A stretch of 63,511 nt of DNA, counting the filler, from Octopus bimaculoides (taxonomy: Eukaryota), in assembly GCF_001194135.2 (NCBI RefSeq). It is 7 parts of 6 records of this genome, joined end to end, with 100 filler letters (N's around TTAATTAATTAA, not from the genome) between each part and the next. Parts side by side here need not be neighbours in the genome. Positions count along the whole stretch, not along the records: positions 1 to 24,036 come from NC_068981.1; positions 24,137 to 35,270 come from NC_068989.1; 5 more parts are not named here. One strand, given 5' to 3'. The notes under the pieces are model-generated. The model had not been told where the DNA came from, did not search any database, and saw nothing but the letters and a program-made list of their open reading frames with translations. The stretch's first letter is position 1. Every line of letters begins with the position of its first letter. The position numbers and the translations under genes were made by a program. Below are positions 14,351-28,871 of the stretch, piece after piece.

Positions 14351-15564
14351 TTCAATCGTTCATTTACTTTTCTACTTGTTTAAATCTCTCGAATCACACA
14401 TCTGGTCAAATAATCAGGAAGTATGACACCATTTCATTATTTCTACCTCCACCCACTACCATTCTTTTCTTCTTTATTTCTGCTTTATTTTATTTTACTA
14501 ACTTACTTGCTTTTTTAAAAAAATTGTTGTTGTTGAACTTGTTGTTGTTCTCTAGCTTACAATTGTTGTTTTAGTCAGATTTTACCGAAACTTGTTTCTC
14601 TCAACTTTCAGTTTCTCTGAACGTTACCCTCCTGCGTAGATTTGCAGATTGTCTTAAATGGCAGTTCCCATGCATTTTCAAAATTTTGTTTTTGTTTATT
14701 TATTTTTATGTATTTATTATTTATTTACTTATTTATTTATTCATTCCTTTCTTGATTCACATATTCATTCATGTATCCTTTATTGAAATTTAGTGTTAAA
14801 ATGGCACAAGCATGCCTGGATACTTAAACAATTCACTTCATAAGCCAAATCAGATCTTTTTTTTTTCCTACCACTGCTTTCAATAGCTCTATGAATAAAA
14901 TTTGGTAAATGAAAATTCTACGGAATCAACCCAGATGTATTTATTATTTGTTTCACTTATTGGACTACAGGCACACAGATCACCTTCAAAGATTTGATCA
15001 TCACTGACACCAAAATATACGAAATAATCTGATACATTGTGATGCCGTTGTTTTAGACCTATTTAAGCAGAAGCGCAAGTGCACACACATACTTCATTGT
15101 GCATGCATGCGCGGGCATGTGTGTACATACATACACACACGTACACACATATGTACAATATCTTCCTAGAGAAAGGAAAAATAATGGTTGGAGCCACAAT
15201 AGTTTCAAACTTCTGTTGAGATTTCAACATTGACAAAGATGTTCAGCTGTTTATGTCGATTGTGCTTCAAACCCCACAGTTGCCAAGAGACTAAGTAAAC
15301 AGGATGCAACAATTTGTATGAATGACGCGTTTAAACTCGATTAAAACGAATTAGTATTGTATTAATAAATTACTGGTTTCTTTCAATATTACGTTGCATT
15401 ACATTTGTAAAATAACATTGCAAGACAGTATCTTGATGAACGATGCTAGTACATCGTTCATCAACACACTTTATATGGACTGATATGAACCATTGTATAT
15501 ATATATATACAATGATTTTTATATCTATAAGCAATGTACAATATATTTGAATATTTGTATAGAG

Positions 15565-15905
15565 CTAGCAGAATCTTTAGCACTCCGGGTAAAATGCTTA
15601 GTGGCATTTCGTCCGTCATTACGTTGTTAGTTCAAATTACACCGAGGCCGAACTTGTGCTTCATTCATTCGGGTTCGATAAAATAAGTACCAGTGGAATT
15701 GTCTGGCCTTGTGTCAAAATTTGAAACCGATATTTGTATAGAGGAAGGCGGCGTGCTGTCAGAATCTTTAAGGTACCGAACAAAATGCTTAGCGACATTT
15801 CGGCCGTCTCTATGTTCTGAGTTCAAATTTCACGAAGGTCGACTTCGCTTTTCATCCATTCGGAATTGATAAAATAAGTAGCCGTGGGGTCGATGTAATA
15901 TTTAT
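15565..15905 (+). mobile_element. Two tandem degenerate copies of tRNA-derived SINE family B
   Basis: Each has gcagaatc.ttag....gaaatgcttag.gg.atttcg...gagttcaaatt...gaggtcgactt...gataaaataagta, as at 24579. Confidence 0.8.
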
Positions 15906-16599
15906 ATAGCGTACAGATACTGATATCAAAATGGATACCTTCAATGACAATACAGAATTGGGATTGTATTTCAATATCTATACTCTATAAAGATATTGAT
16001 ATCAACATAGATCTCAATAATTATGAAGGATATATAGATGTACGTAGGAGTGCGCGTGTGCGTGCGCGCGTGTTGTAATATAACTGTTCAATATCTCGCA
16101 GTGACCAGTGGTGTCATCTTCTGGCCACCGTAGAATATTAAATTTTTATTTAGCAACAGAACATCTCTACAGATGTATGGAGTCAAATATTTTTTCGAAT
16201 TAGGGACATTCGATAATTACTCCTATACAACCACTCGCGCGCGCATGTACACACACACAGGCACACGTATACAGAGAAATACACACACTCACAAACTCAG
16301 ATATGTATGTACATTTACGATATATACGTGTGTGTATGACTGTAGGTGGGGTGGGTGTCTGTGAGTGTGTAGGTTCATGTGATTCTGAAGGAGAGACAGG
16401 GAGAGGAAGGTTGGTGATATTAAGAGCATTTCAACTTTCTTTTTACCGTTTTTACTTGTGTCAGTTATTTGAATGCCGCCATGCTGGGGCAACGCCTTGA
16501 TGGGTTTTTAGTCGATCAAACCAATCCCAGGACTTATTTTTTAAGGCCCCATACTTTTTTCTATCAGTACCTTTTACCAAACCGCTACAGTTGCCAAAG

Positions 16600-16980
16600 C
16601 ACAACAGCGTCAATCCGCGACAACAAATTATGGCTTCCTTGACTCACTACAAATTCTTGAAACCAATATGATTAGAAATACTTAGAAAATCTCCATCAGA
16701 ATGGAGCAGGAATGAATTTCACCTAAATATCAAATATATGTAATAACAGATATCATGCAGAGATCCTGTGGATATTTACTGATCATGTTTCAAGATTCTT
16801 GCTGAAAACACTTCCAGTTCCAAGCAATGATGATTTTTATAGGTGTCTTATCATTACATTTGCACAAATCTTTTTAAGCTATGTTAGTAACTGAGTGTTG
16901 ATACTTCCAAGTACGCCAGTTATTACTGGTATCACGTCCACTCTATTCATGGCCCACAACCTGCGTTTTCCCCACTTTAA
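16600..16980 (-). mobile_element. Older 3' fragment of an R4/Dong-like (RLE) LINE
   Basis: Colinear similarity to 17175-17420 (cttccagttccaagcaatg..., tattactggtatcacgtccactct). Confidence 0.65.
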
Positions 16981-17068
16981 TTTGTCATGATCACTCACTT
17001 TTCCTTCTTTCTCTTCGACTTCTTCGTTATCATCATCATCATCATCATCATCGTCGTCGTCGTCGTCG

Positions 17069-17134
<66 letters not shown>

Positions 17135-17135
<1 letters not shown>

Positions 17136-17490
17136 ATATTTCACAACTTATTTTGCTGGGTATGATGGAAAATATCAGCTGTCCACAGCCATCAGACTAA
17201 GGTGATACTTGTCTACTGGTCTTGCTTCAAGAACCCTGCGAAGAATTCTTGCAGTTCCAAGCAATGCTGGTTTTTGTAGGTGTTCTACCTTCACACTTGC
17301 ACCGATCTTTTTCAGCCATGTCAGTAGTTGAGTGCTGATTCCTCCAAGAACACCAATAACTATTGGTATCACGTCTACTCTCTTCATTGACCACAGTTTG
17401 TAAGAGAGTGTCCCCTTTTTGCTGTCTCCAAACATCATTTCTGTCTCCTTCTTTACTTTCTGTTGGTGGGACGTATAGTGATTTGCTTGC
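17135..17490 (-). mobile_element. 3' end of an R4/Dong-like non-LTR retrotransposon (restriction-like endonuclease clade)
   Basis: LWSMKRVDVIPIVIGVLGGI...LQKPALLGTARILRRVLE is the C-terminal signature of R4/Dong-type elements; the short 3' UTR abuts (TAA)n at 17071-17131. Confidence 0.8.
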
Positions 17491-17505
17491 TTGCACGAAA
17501 TAAGT

Positions 17506-17548
<43 letters not shown>

Positions 17549-17694
17549 ATGTATGTATGTATGTATGTATGTATGCCCACTCAGCTAGCAAAAATGAGTA
17601 GTACCTGTATATCAAAGCTATCTAGCTAACTAGCTACCTAGATAGATAGATGGCTAGATAGAGAGATATCTGTTTATCTACCTGTCAATCCATC

Positions 17695-17726
<32 letters not shown>

Positions 17727-19845
17727 NNNNNNNNNNAGATAGATACATACATACATACATACATATATACATACATACATATATACATAAACATATGCAT
17801 GCATGTATATGCTTGACAATTGTGATAACTATGAAGATGATACAAGTGCGCGACCGTATCGTTGCCAAGTTTGTTAGATACTTTTAGAGGTGCTTGAAAA
17901 TATTCGCTTGCTAACTTCCCGAAATAGCTCTCTTTTTGGAAATTTATGGAGGGAACAATTTCATCACCGTCTGAAGCTGAGTTTATATAGTTTGCATTTT
18001 ATGATGAATATGTTTCTTTTATTTCTTTAAATCTATGTACATGTTTAAAAATCTCCATGCTTCTTAATGCAACCACTCTAACAGTCATATATTTATCAGC
18101 ACTATAGATTTTACGTACAGATTACATTTTGATGCTTCTAAAACTTGATAAGCAAGCATGTGTTTGTTTTAAGAAAAGAATGTTGCTTTGTCCGAAAGCT
18201 TGTTTGTTGTTTAGTTTTCGTATTTGCTTTCGTATCGATATTTTTTTGTGAATAATAAAAAAAAGCATCATAAGAATAAATAAAATGAAAAGAAATTCTA
18301 AAATAAAGCAAAAATATTTATCATGTAAACAATGAATACGATCACAGTTTTAAGAATAGTGTTGATATTCACACTCTCACACACGAATGCATATATGTTT
18401 ATGTGTGTTTCTATGCATGTGTGTATATATGCCTTATTTAATTTTCTTCTTCACTTATCTGCTCAAAACATCATATGTCAGGAAATACCATTGATATAAC
18501 ACTTGTGACAAGCGCACTGATCTATAGTGAGGATAGATATATGGTGGGATACTCTACTGTGTGGATATACGAGATCCATTTTGTTTATGAACTTTTAAGA
18601 TATTGTTATTTCATTTGGTTTAAGTTTTTCAACATTTTTACGTTTCTGATTTTCTATACTCATGTGTTGAATGTTTCATGCTACTCCAGCACTTCGGAAT
18701 CAAATGTAAGCATGTAATGATTCAGATAGATTTCGGCATATATTTTGTTTCGACAGCAGGATAGTGATGGTGCCGATGTAAAAGCGTGGCATGATTTGAT
18801 TACGGTTCTTTATCTTATACGATCAAGATTTCGATATTGTGTGATAAATAGTTCGGATATTGTAGTTTATAATTTTTGCAAAATCATTATTCAATTACGT
18901 TTCCGAAATCACGTATCGTGAGCATCAGCTTTCATTTGCATACATGCTGTATGAAAAAACTGTGCAAGCATCTACTAAAGTTAGTATAACCAACTCTCAC
19001 CTTCCCCTCAAATGTTATGTCTTGTGCGTATGTAGCAATTGCTGAAATCAAGTTCCACTGTTCAAATAAACAAAAATATGATACAAGCAAAGTCTTATAG
19101 CTGGTTTCATACATAATAAATAAACGAATAAATAGATAAAATTACAAATAAATAAATAAAATTATAATGCTTTGTTGCGTTAGGAAAAATTAAAAATACT
19201 TATTTTTGGTTCGAAAATGCGTGGATAATATATTTCTGAGAGAACCAAATAATTTGCGATATTTGACTACGTCTATGTTTCTCTTGGATTCTAACTTCAA
19301 TTCATCTCGCTGAAGTGAATTAAAGAATTACTAGTCATTTAACGGTTTAAGAGACAATAATAATTCCCTTTTAAAAACTATAACTTTTCTCAGTATAAGA
19401 TATCAGAATTTATCTTTTGACATGCTTGACATAATTTACGTTTGTTAAGGCTTCTCCGATAGTTTCACGGTAGAAACGTCTTTAAAATTATTTTATTGTA
19501 AGAAATATGTAATTAAATGAACAGACATGATAACAAAAACTGTATCCTTCAAAAATAGTCGTGTCGTTGTGCATATATATGCGTATGTATACTTACACAT
19601 ATACACCTATCTATATTTAGTCATCCAGCTGTCTATATATGCCTTTCTTTCTGTGTATATATATTCATGAGAGAGTATCGTGGGAGCAACAAACAAAAAG
19701 CATTATTTTGAATAAGAATGCTCATGCAACACATATACAATATAAGCGTATAAAAAAAGGTTTACATCATATACGTATAATTTAGTGTGCTATCAGCATT
19801 GAGTACTCTGCTTTTGTTTGTGTATTTAACTACAATATTATATAC

Positions 19846-20600
19846 AGGATGTGTAAGATATTTGAGGACAGATTTATGCTTACAAAAAAAATAAATAAAT
19901 AAACAGATATATAATAACAGATAACTTTATTTATCAAAAAATGTTATGAGGATAAAAATAAACCTTCTTTTCTTGGACATTACTCTGACAATGGTAGCTT
20001 TCAAAGACTCTTTGGTGTCATGGGCGTGTTCATTGACCTCTCTGTCAAAAACGTTCCACATGTAATAGTCCAATGGATTGAAATCTGGGGAATTAGGAGG
20101 CCAAATGTTAGGGTTTATGTGATCATGAAAAATTTCAACCATCCATTCCGGTATTACTAGAGTCATGCGTGATAGTGCAAAGTCTTATGACCTTCCATTG
20201 CATACAATGTCTATCCAGGGCCTAACAATTATTTCCAGGGCCTCAATGTAGGCGACAGAGTTAACTCTAAGGCTTTGTGGAAAGAGGTAAGGAGGCATCA
20301 CATTTCCATCAATGCTGACAACCCCTAAAACCATCACAGTTGCAGGAAATTTTGTATGCATAACAGCTGGAACTTCCGAAGGGTCTGCACACAACCACCT
20401 GTTATTTCTTCTGTTAATTATAGCTGATGTCTTCGTGACAGCATTTCTGACTGTTCCATCTGACACACGGAGATCTTTTGCAAATGACTTCAAGGACCTT
20501 CTGGGATTGTAATCAACAGTTTGTTGAGCTTCCTGGATAAATCCGGGTTTTCTGATGATTACACGTTATTTGATACCAGGGGCTTGTCAACAAGGATCTC
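19846..20600 (-). mobile_element. Tc1/mariner superfamily DD37D (maT-like) transposase remnant
   Basis: MHTKFPATVMVLGVVSIDGNVMPP, then in-frame D(FALSRMT...WPPNSPDFNPL)D with a 37-residue spacing; internal stop and deletions. Confidence 0.85.
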
Positions 20601-21088
20601 AGTCCATGCAGCATGAAGTTACGATATAACATATATTATTATTATCCATACGATTTCCACTTTAGTCGTAAGTCGGCCACTGTTCCTAGCAGTGTTACGG
20701 GTTATCATATATACATATATGATGGTTGTCTACTCGTTAGGCAAGTATGAGCATCGCTAACTAGTGTTAGCAGTACCCATGCATGGGTTTCAAATAGAAC
20801 ACGGTTTGCACGTTACCACAAAGACACACTAACAATGCAAAGAAGCCAGTCACAGGCAAAGTGCAAGATACCCGGTTCAGTAGAGCACTGAGTCTTACAT
20901 ACGAATTAGCCTTCTCCAAAATGGATGCCTTCACAAAAAACAGGATGTGGAGGTGATCTCATTTCCAGTGGTCATACAGCGCCGTCAGACATCAATCTAA
21001 ATATTTCTACCTCTTGGCGCACATACGTGCATGCATGCATACACACTGGCCCTACACTCACACATACATATACATACATACATGCATG

Positions 21089-21181
<93 letters not shown>

Positions 21182-22364
21182 GACACGCATTTATATCTAC
21201 TAGCAGTAGTATAGTATATGACTTGTATTTCTATTTTGTATATTTATTACAAATTACTGATTACATTATTAGTCGTAGACGGGTTCATGCATACATTTAC
21301 ACCGGCCCATTACATACCTCATAATGTGGTGCTCTGTCGAGGACCGCGTTACGAATGTCAAAGGTCTACTCTAGTTTATACAGAAATTGCTTACAGTGCC
21401 TTCCCCCACCAATAAGATATATAACGAAAATTAAGCGTTGAACGTTTAGGGTTTTTCGTTTTCACATTAGTGTCAAGGCAAGTCGTTCAGTTTACTGTGT
21501 GAATGCTGATATTTCAGAATAACAGTCGATAGAAGCAAGAGTCAGTAAAGGCAATCCGTTAACGATAAACACAGTTTTGAGGCATACAATTTCCAAACGA
21601 ACTCCAGCAGTTTTAGATACAGAGAGGCCCAGTTGGCATTATTAACATCAGAGTTGTAAGAAGTGTATTGCATTCCATTCATGAATATGTGGAATTTCCA
21701 ATTTTTACAGAATTATTGACTGATATTCTAGAGAATATGTCACAATGACTTAAAAAACTGATTTGACGTTCCCAAGGTAGTTTCCAGTATGTTGTTTTTT
21801 CGGATTGGGTGGGTTATAAAAATTTCAAAATACTTGGCTAGGAAATGCTATGAGACTTCTATAAACATTTAACCCGGTGACATTCACACAATATAGACGT
21901 TAAAAAGAGTGCAAACAGTTTGTGATATATGACTAAAAATGTGGGTTAATAATATTCTGACTTATATAGGCTAGTTGCAAATTGTGTTAATGGGGAAAGT
22001 GGTGAAATCAGTGTATGAGTTACTATCAGATTGGCGGTCGACGCGAAATTTTTCTAACGACAAAAATATCAGGGCAAATATATAAAAATAACAACCATGA
22101 AGATAGAACACCATTGATACCATCAATCGTATATCAGTTAGTTTAGTTTGACAGTCTGTACAAGGTTATGTGTGCGTATATTTACATACGAGTGCGCGCA
22201 CGCACACACGGAAATACACACACATATATATATATACACATATATATAAATGAAGACACGCGCATAATTACCCATGCACACACGCACATACATATGCGTC
22301 TGTGTGTGCTATAATATGTGTATTTGTGAATGTGTAAGTGTCTGTGAGTGTGTGCGTGTGTATG

Positions 22365-22405
<41 letters not shown>

Positions 22406-22415
22406 NNNNNNNNNN

Positions 22416-22451
<36 letters not shown>

Positions 22452-22619
22452 TGAAATAAACTTCAGGAATGCTTTGCTCCATTGCTCCATGTAGAGGTTT
22501 TGCAAGCTGTTCTAAATCCACTGCCATACTGGAAAGCTTCCATGTAGTCAGCATACATATATTCATACATAGAAAGGGATAGTGTCGGTGATAGTCAGAG
22601 ATATAGCATGAGAAACGAA

Positions 22620-22950
22620 GAGAGAAACATTGGTTTCAAATTTTGGCACAAGGTCACCACGTTCAGCGGAGGAGGTAAGTCGATTACAACTGATACTTAT
22701 TTCATAGATACTGAGAGGATGAAACCAGCGTTGACCTGGGCCGAATTTTAAATTAGAACATGAAGAAGGACGATATGCTGCTAAACATTTTGCCCGAGGT
22801 ACTTACAATTCTGCCATCCCACCGCATTCAAAGAGAGAAATATCTGTTTCGAATTTTGGCACAAGGTCAGCAATATCGAGGCAGATGATTAGTCGATGTA
22901 ATCGACTCCATTGCACATCTTGTACTTATCTTATCGACCCCGAAATGGGA
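22620..22950 (-). mobile_element. SINE family B degenerate copies
   Basis: Reverse-complement similarity to 24579-24812. Confidence 0.65.
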
Positions 22951-23191
22951 ATCACCGACGAATTTCGCGTATAAACAAAATATACACTGTATATGTTCGA
23001 TGAATAATGTTTAAATTATAAGAAATGCTTTTAATTTGTAATCCAATTTACTTTGATATGTGTTACACCGTAGCACATCAGAAAATAAATTGCACTTTAT
23101 TTGCATATAAGTTATAGAGCAAAGATTCAATTCTTTTCGAGATGATCCAAGAATATAATATTGATAAGCTACAAGAATGACGAAATATCGC

Positions 23192-23225
<34 letters not shown>

Positions 23226-23269
23226 CTGTGAATAAACCGTTTCAAAAATGAAAATAACACTGACATCTC

Positions 23270-23995
23270 ATTTTAAGTGATATATTGACCAAACTTACAT
23301 AAAAATATTTTGAAATACTAAGGAGTAAATTTATTTAATAAAATCGCCATTGGCTTCAACTACTGCCTCCAGACGACTTCGGATCTCCTGCAATTCTTCT
23401 GGACCTTGTTTAAGTTGACGAATGCTGCCATAGTCCTTGCCTTCAGTCCATCCCCACATAATAATCAAGGGGGTTGCAAACTGGGGAGTTAGATGGCCAG
23501 ATTTTAGGGGTGATGTGGTCGCAGAAATCCTGACAGCCGTGACTGAGTTCTCCTGCTTGTGTGGCATGCTGCAGAGTCCTGTTGCCAGATATAGGGTCTT
23601 CTAGCAGTCACCCTCTTGACTCAGGGCAGCTCTTGACTCCTCCAGGCACTTGATGTAGGCCTCCGCATTGATTCAAAGGCTGTATGTGAAGATGAATGGA
23701 AGCATATGGTCACCATCACTAGTGATCACTCCAGCCCCCATGATGTTGACTGGATGTTTGATTATTACCACTCTCGGTACATACCCTCAGATTGACACCC
23801 AAACACTCTGAAATGTTCGTATTAGAGCTTCCGGCGCGAATGCATGTTTCCAAATTTCAGCAGAGTGAATTGCGTCATGGTACTGTTTTTCTCGCAGACA
23901 GTGCCCAACTGACCCTACTGTGTAATCGACAAAATAATTAAAAAAATGCGCAATTAAAAATATAAAACGCCGACAATTTACCCAGTGCGCCCAAT
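23270..23995 (-). mobile_element. Second, more degenerate DD37D (maT-like) remnant
   Basis: Hand translation ..RPYIWQQDSAACHTSRRTQ...DHITPKIWPSNSP.CNPLDYYVW..., ending RSRLEAVVEANGDFIK; frameshifts. Confidence 0.8.
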
Positions 23996-24036
23996 ATATC
24001 TATCTATCTATATATATATATATATATATATATATA

Positions 24037-24136
24037 NNNNNNNNNNNNNNNNNNNNNNNNNNNNNNNNNNNNNNNNNNNNTTAATTAATTAANNNNNNNN
24101 NNNNNNNNNNNNNNNNNNNNNNNNNNNNNNNNNNNN
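24037..24136. other. Artificial contig-join linker N44-TTAATTAATTAA-N44 (also at 35315, 56923, 58559, 60683, 61786)
   Basis: The identical 12-mer, with stops in all six frames, is centred in 100-bp N blocks six times. Confidence 0.95.
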
Positions 24137-24578
24137 TATATATATATATATATATATATATATGCATGTCTGCATATGTGTGTGAGTGCGTGTGTATAAC
24201 TGCCATGGACGTTACGGTGTGTATAATTGGAAAGACAATAAACACATTCGGTTTTGTTATTTATCGTCACAACTGACAACATTGACCTTTTTCACCTAAC
24301 ACAGCTGACCTTATTCTCACCACTAACAACCACCACAACCATCCTACTACCACTACTACTACTACTACTACTACCACTACTACTACTGCTACTGCTACTG
24401 CTGCTGCTGCTGCTGCCACTAATTATCTCTACCAAAATAATTACCACCACTACAACTACTCTCCTAAGTATCAATTCCTATAATGTCCACTACCACCTCA
24501 ACCACCAGCACCACCACCACTCCTAACATTAGCACCACTATCAACGCAAGACCCGGTACATTATTATTCTTCTCTGAA

Positions 24579-25010
24579 GGCGGCGAGATGGCAGAATCGT
24601 TAGCACGCCGGGCGAAATGCTTAGCGGTATTTCGTCTGCCGTTACATTCTGAGTTCAAATTCTTCTGAGGTCGACTTTGCCTTTCATTCTTTCGGGGTCG
24701 ATAAATTAAGTACCAGTTACACACTGAGGTCGATGTAATCGACTTAATCCCTTTATCTGTCCTTGGTTGTCCCCTCTATGTTTAGCCCCTTGTGGGCAAT
24801 AAAGAAATAAGAAACGTTAGCACGCCAGGCGAAATGCTTAGCAGTATTTCGTCTGCCTTGACGACCTGAGTTCGAATTCCACCGAGGTCGACTTTGCCTT
24901 TCATCTTTTCTGGATCGATAAAATATGTACCAGTGATTCCCTAGGGTCGATGGAATCGACTATTCCCCACCCCTCAAATTTCAGGCCTTGTTCCCTTAGT
25001 AAAAAGTAGT
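24579..25010 (+). mobile_element. tRNA-derived SINE family B, head-to-tail pair
   Basis: ggcgagatggcagaatcgttagcacgccgggcgaaatgcttagcgg...gagttcaaat (A/B-box-like); second copy restarts at ~24813 (acgttagcacgccaggcgaaatgc). Confidence 0.88.
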
Positions 25011-25349
25011 ATTATTCTCCTCTCTTCTTTACTGTTTGTTGTTTTTGTCATTGTTGTGGAATTCTGATCAAACAACAAATTCGATTCGTTGCTATTATGC
25101 AAAAGTGTAGTAAGTCCGAAACGTTGCTTTTTCAGAAAACAAAAAAAAAAATTGTTTCACCATTCCATAACAAAACCGTTGCACTACACTTTGACAATTT
25201 TTGATATCTTGGCATCTGAAGCAGCTGGAGATACGATTGTTTGACCAAAAGAACAGACTATTGCAAGCAAAAGTAAATATTGGCCAAATTTGGACATACG
25301 ACAGTTCGGTTTAACATAATAGCAACGATATACATATATATATGCCAAC

Positions 25350-25452
25350 GGGCATATGGCGTAGTGGTTAAGAGCGCGGGCTACTAACACCAAGATTCTG
25401 AGTTCGATTCCAGGCAGTGACATGAATAATAATAATAATAATAATAATAGTA

Positions 25453-25454
<2 letters not shown>
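25350..25454 (+). mobile_element. Short tRNA-like SINE head (family D) with (AAT)n tail
   Basis: A box TGGCGTAGTGG, B box GAGTTCGATTCC, poor acceptor stem; homologous to 61685-61741 (minus strand). Confidence 0.75.
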
Positions 25455-25509
<55 letters not shown>

Positions 25510-26971
25510 CATGAAAAGAGAGAGAAAGATACAGAAAGGGAGGAGGTCAAATAAGTCAGTGTCGAATAATCGACGCCAGATAAACGGCGTCAAAACACTT
25601 GTGCCAAAATGCTCCACCCTTTTTTTTTTTTTTTAGCTGGGCGATTTTGTCAATACTCAGTTTTTGTGTGGTGTTACTTATTTCAAGATGGTCTGAATGG
25701 CGAAATCAAAACAATGACAAGAGCAGATGACAAAAACGAGATGGCAGACAACACAATGGCGCCCGCTGTGTCTCCATTGTCCAATAGGCTATCGTGATAG
25801 AAATACAGCCGATAACAGACAACAGCGGTGTTACTTTAAATAATATGTCAGAGGCAGATTATATAGAATTCTGTACAAAAAGGAGATGAATGAAGTGTAA
25901 TGTTGTTCGCAAAGTGGAATAAATACTTCTCCGCCGATACGCATGCGCCAACACATTCACGTGCTCTGAGACGTACATCATGCAAGATACGTGTTTATAT
26001 ATGTATGTATTCGTGCAAGCATGCATGGATAGATGGATGGATGGATGATCGTGGGGTAGTAGCGAGAAACGTAGGTAGGTAGGTAAGTATATATGTACGT
26101 ATGTGTATATATGTGTGTGTGTATGTTTATTCATATATATTGCATATATATATATATGTGTATATACTTGTGTATATATATATATATATACATATATGTA
26201 TGTATAGGTGTATACTTATTGTGTGTATATATTCATATATATATGTGTATATATGTATATTTACGTATATATATATTTGTTATATACTTGTGCATATAAA
26301 TATATATATATATACATGTATACATATACATATATATATGTATATGTGTATATATATATTTATATATATNNNNNNNNNNNNNNNNNNNNNNNNNNNNNNN
26401 NNNNNNNNNNNNNNNNNNNNNNNNNNNNNNNNNNNNNNNNNNNNNNNNNNNNNNNNNNNNNNNNNNNNNNNNNNNNNNNNNNNNNNNNNNNNNNNNNNNN
26501 NNNNNNNNNNNNNNNNNNNNNNNNNNNNNNNNNNNNNNNNNNNNNNNNNNNNNNNNNNNNNNNNNNNNNNNNNNNNNNNNNNNNNNNNNNNNNNNNNNNN
26601 NNNNNNNNNNNNNNNNNNNNNNNNNNNNNNNNNNNNNNNNNNNNNNNNNNNNNNNNNNNNNNNNNNNNNNNNNNNNNNNNNNNNNNNNNNNNNNNNNNNN
26701 NNNNNNNNNNNNNNNNNNNNNNNNNNNNNNNNNNNNNNNNNNNNNNNNNNNNNNNNNNNNNNNNNNNNNNNACACACACACACACACACACACATATATT
26801 AATATGTTAAACGTATATTATATATGCATTTATACGGCCATAAATATCTTTACATACATACGGACGATCGCGCATACAATTACGCCGAGGTACGAAACAC
26901 ACAGGGACAGAAACATTGAGAGGTGGAAATATATACGATAAAAATGAGCGGTGGGGAAAGGAAGAAAAAAT

Positions 26972-27018
<47 letters not shown>

Positions 27019-27957
27019 TAATAATAGCAAAATGGTAAATGGGTGTTGGGAAATAAAATGATATGTGGGATTTTTGATTGAAACACATGGAACTGGGGAA
27101 TTGGAATGGATAAAAAAAATGTAGGGGGTGGGAATGAAGAATGAAGAATGCAATATTTAACATGATATTAGATAGCCGTTTCTTAATGCTAGGTGATAGA
27201 AAATATGAAATGCTACAGAATAGAGGCTGAAGGATAATTATTAGGTGCCGATTCTTCAGTATAATGGCTGCCTGGAATCTGGGAGACTCATGGGAATTTC
27301 AGTTTCCTCAGGAACTATTATAGTTGACCAATATCTTGTGAATGGGGAGTATGATCGATATGGAGATAGAAACTGTGCTGAAGCTTGTGCTTTTGTGTAA
27401 TTATGTTTGTGTGAATGAGCGTGCGTACGTATATCTGTGCGTGTACATATGTGTGTGTGTGTGTGCGTGCGGGTGTATATTCATGTGTGCGGTTATGTAC
27501 GTCTGTATGCACATCTATAGTAATAAATGCCAAAACGAATTTCTGTGCGTCAGTGTGTCACACTTTGACCCCCTCTCTCACTATTCAAGAACACTTCTGC
27601 TATTCCTCATGCTGGGGTGAGAGTAATAGCAGGCATAGAGACAGTGAGGGCGGTAGTAGATTGACGGTTGTGATGGTAATGGGGTGATGGTAATAGTATG
27701 AGCTGTAGTTGTGACAGAGGCGGAGGCGAAGGTGATGATGGTGGTGGTGGTGGTGTGGTGGTGGTAGCCGAGGGGGTCAGGGATGACGGTGATAGTAAGT
27801 GATGCGAAAGACAGTGGTGATGGTGGTGGAGGGGAAGGTAGCGAAGTCAAAGATATTGATGGTGGTTGCGTCAGAAGTCTGAATGGTGTGTGTATGGCAG
27901 TTGTGATGGCGATGGTGGTGGTGGTACTGGTGATGGTGATGGTTGAAATAAATCAAC

Positions 27958-27996
<39 letters not shown>

Positions 27997-28349
27997 GGTT
28001 AGACAGAAAAAAGAATTGTACTGACCCCTGAATGGGAAGACAAAAAATGTTGTTTATCATGCAGCTTCGTAAAGCTGGGTGGAATGTTTCCGTAAATTAC
28101 GCCGTGAGATTCTTAGAAAGCTTTCGAGAATCGTGGTTTATGTATTGTCAAAGAAATCTTGAAGCCTTTCATCGTAGTCCAGCTTTCGGTTTCATAGAAA
28201 ACAATACTTGCTACCCATGACTTAAAGACGACCAGGCCCCAATTTCTTTTCTTTAGCCCTAGTACTCGTAAGAGCGATGTACCCGTTTTGGTGATGTATA
28301 AGTAACCGAGATCACAAGAATCCCTCTGAACGAAAAACCAGTTTGTTGT

Positions 28350-28567
28350 AGGGTTCCAGGCCAGCAATTTTTAAGGCTGGGGGGAAAGAGGATATCTGAT
28401 TACATCGATCCCAAAACTTGACTGCTACCTTATTTTTCGATCCTCAAAAGATGTAAAGTTAAGTTGGTCCTCGCACGAGATTTGAACTCGGCGCGTAAAG
28501 AGTCGGAAGAAATGGCGCTAAGGTGTTTCTTCGTCCGACGTGCAAACGATTCTGCCAGCTCGCCGCC
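28350..28567 (-). mobile_element. SINE family B copy
   Basis: Reverse-complement similarity to 24579. Confidence 0.75.
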
Positions 28568-28797
28568 TTACACCTTGTGTGCTTCCTTATTAAGAACTGC
28601 ATTAATTATCACCCAGGTCCACCCACCCAGCACTCCCACCGTCATTATGCCCCACCATTACCCCCTACTTTTTCTCCCCCTTTATTGCTGTGTTGATCAT
28701 TGAACATATTGAAACACTTGTAAAATTACCGAACCACGACAAGAATATCCATGTGTAAGACACAGACACCGGCACTTAACCTCCCACCACCACCACC

Positions 28798-28871
<74 letters not shown>

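Noticed and set aside
12090-14574. Many overlapping ORFs (poly-I, YI, HT, CV)
   Set aside because: These are translations of microsatellites; the same applies to ORFs spanning N runs throughout the window.
21420-22110. Decayed intronless receptor pseudogene on the minus strand
   Set aside because: All frames have multiple stops, and I could not recover any diagnostic motif (e.g. Cys-loop) with confidence.
24081-24092. Recurrent TTAATTAATTAA motif as a biological signal
   Set aside because: It is always centred in N44 flanks, marking it as a scaffolding linker.
25350-25424. Functional tRNA gene
   Set aside because: The acceptor stem does not pair, the ACT anticodon is atypical, and an (AAT)n tail follows; it is a SINE head.
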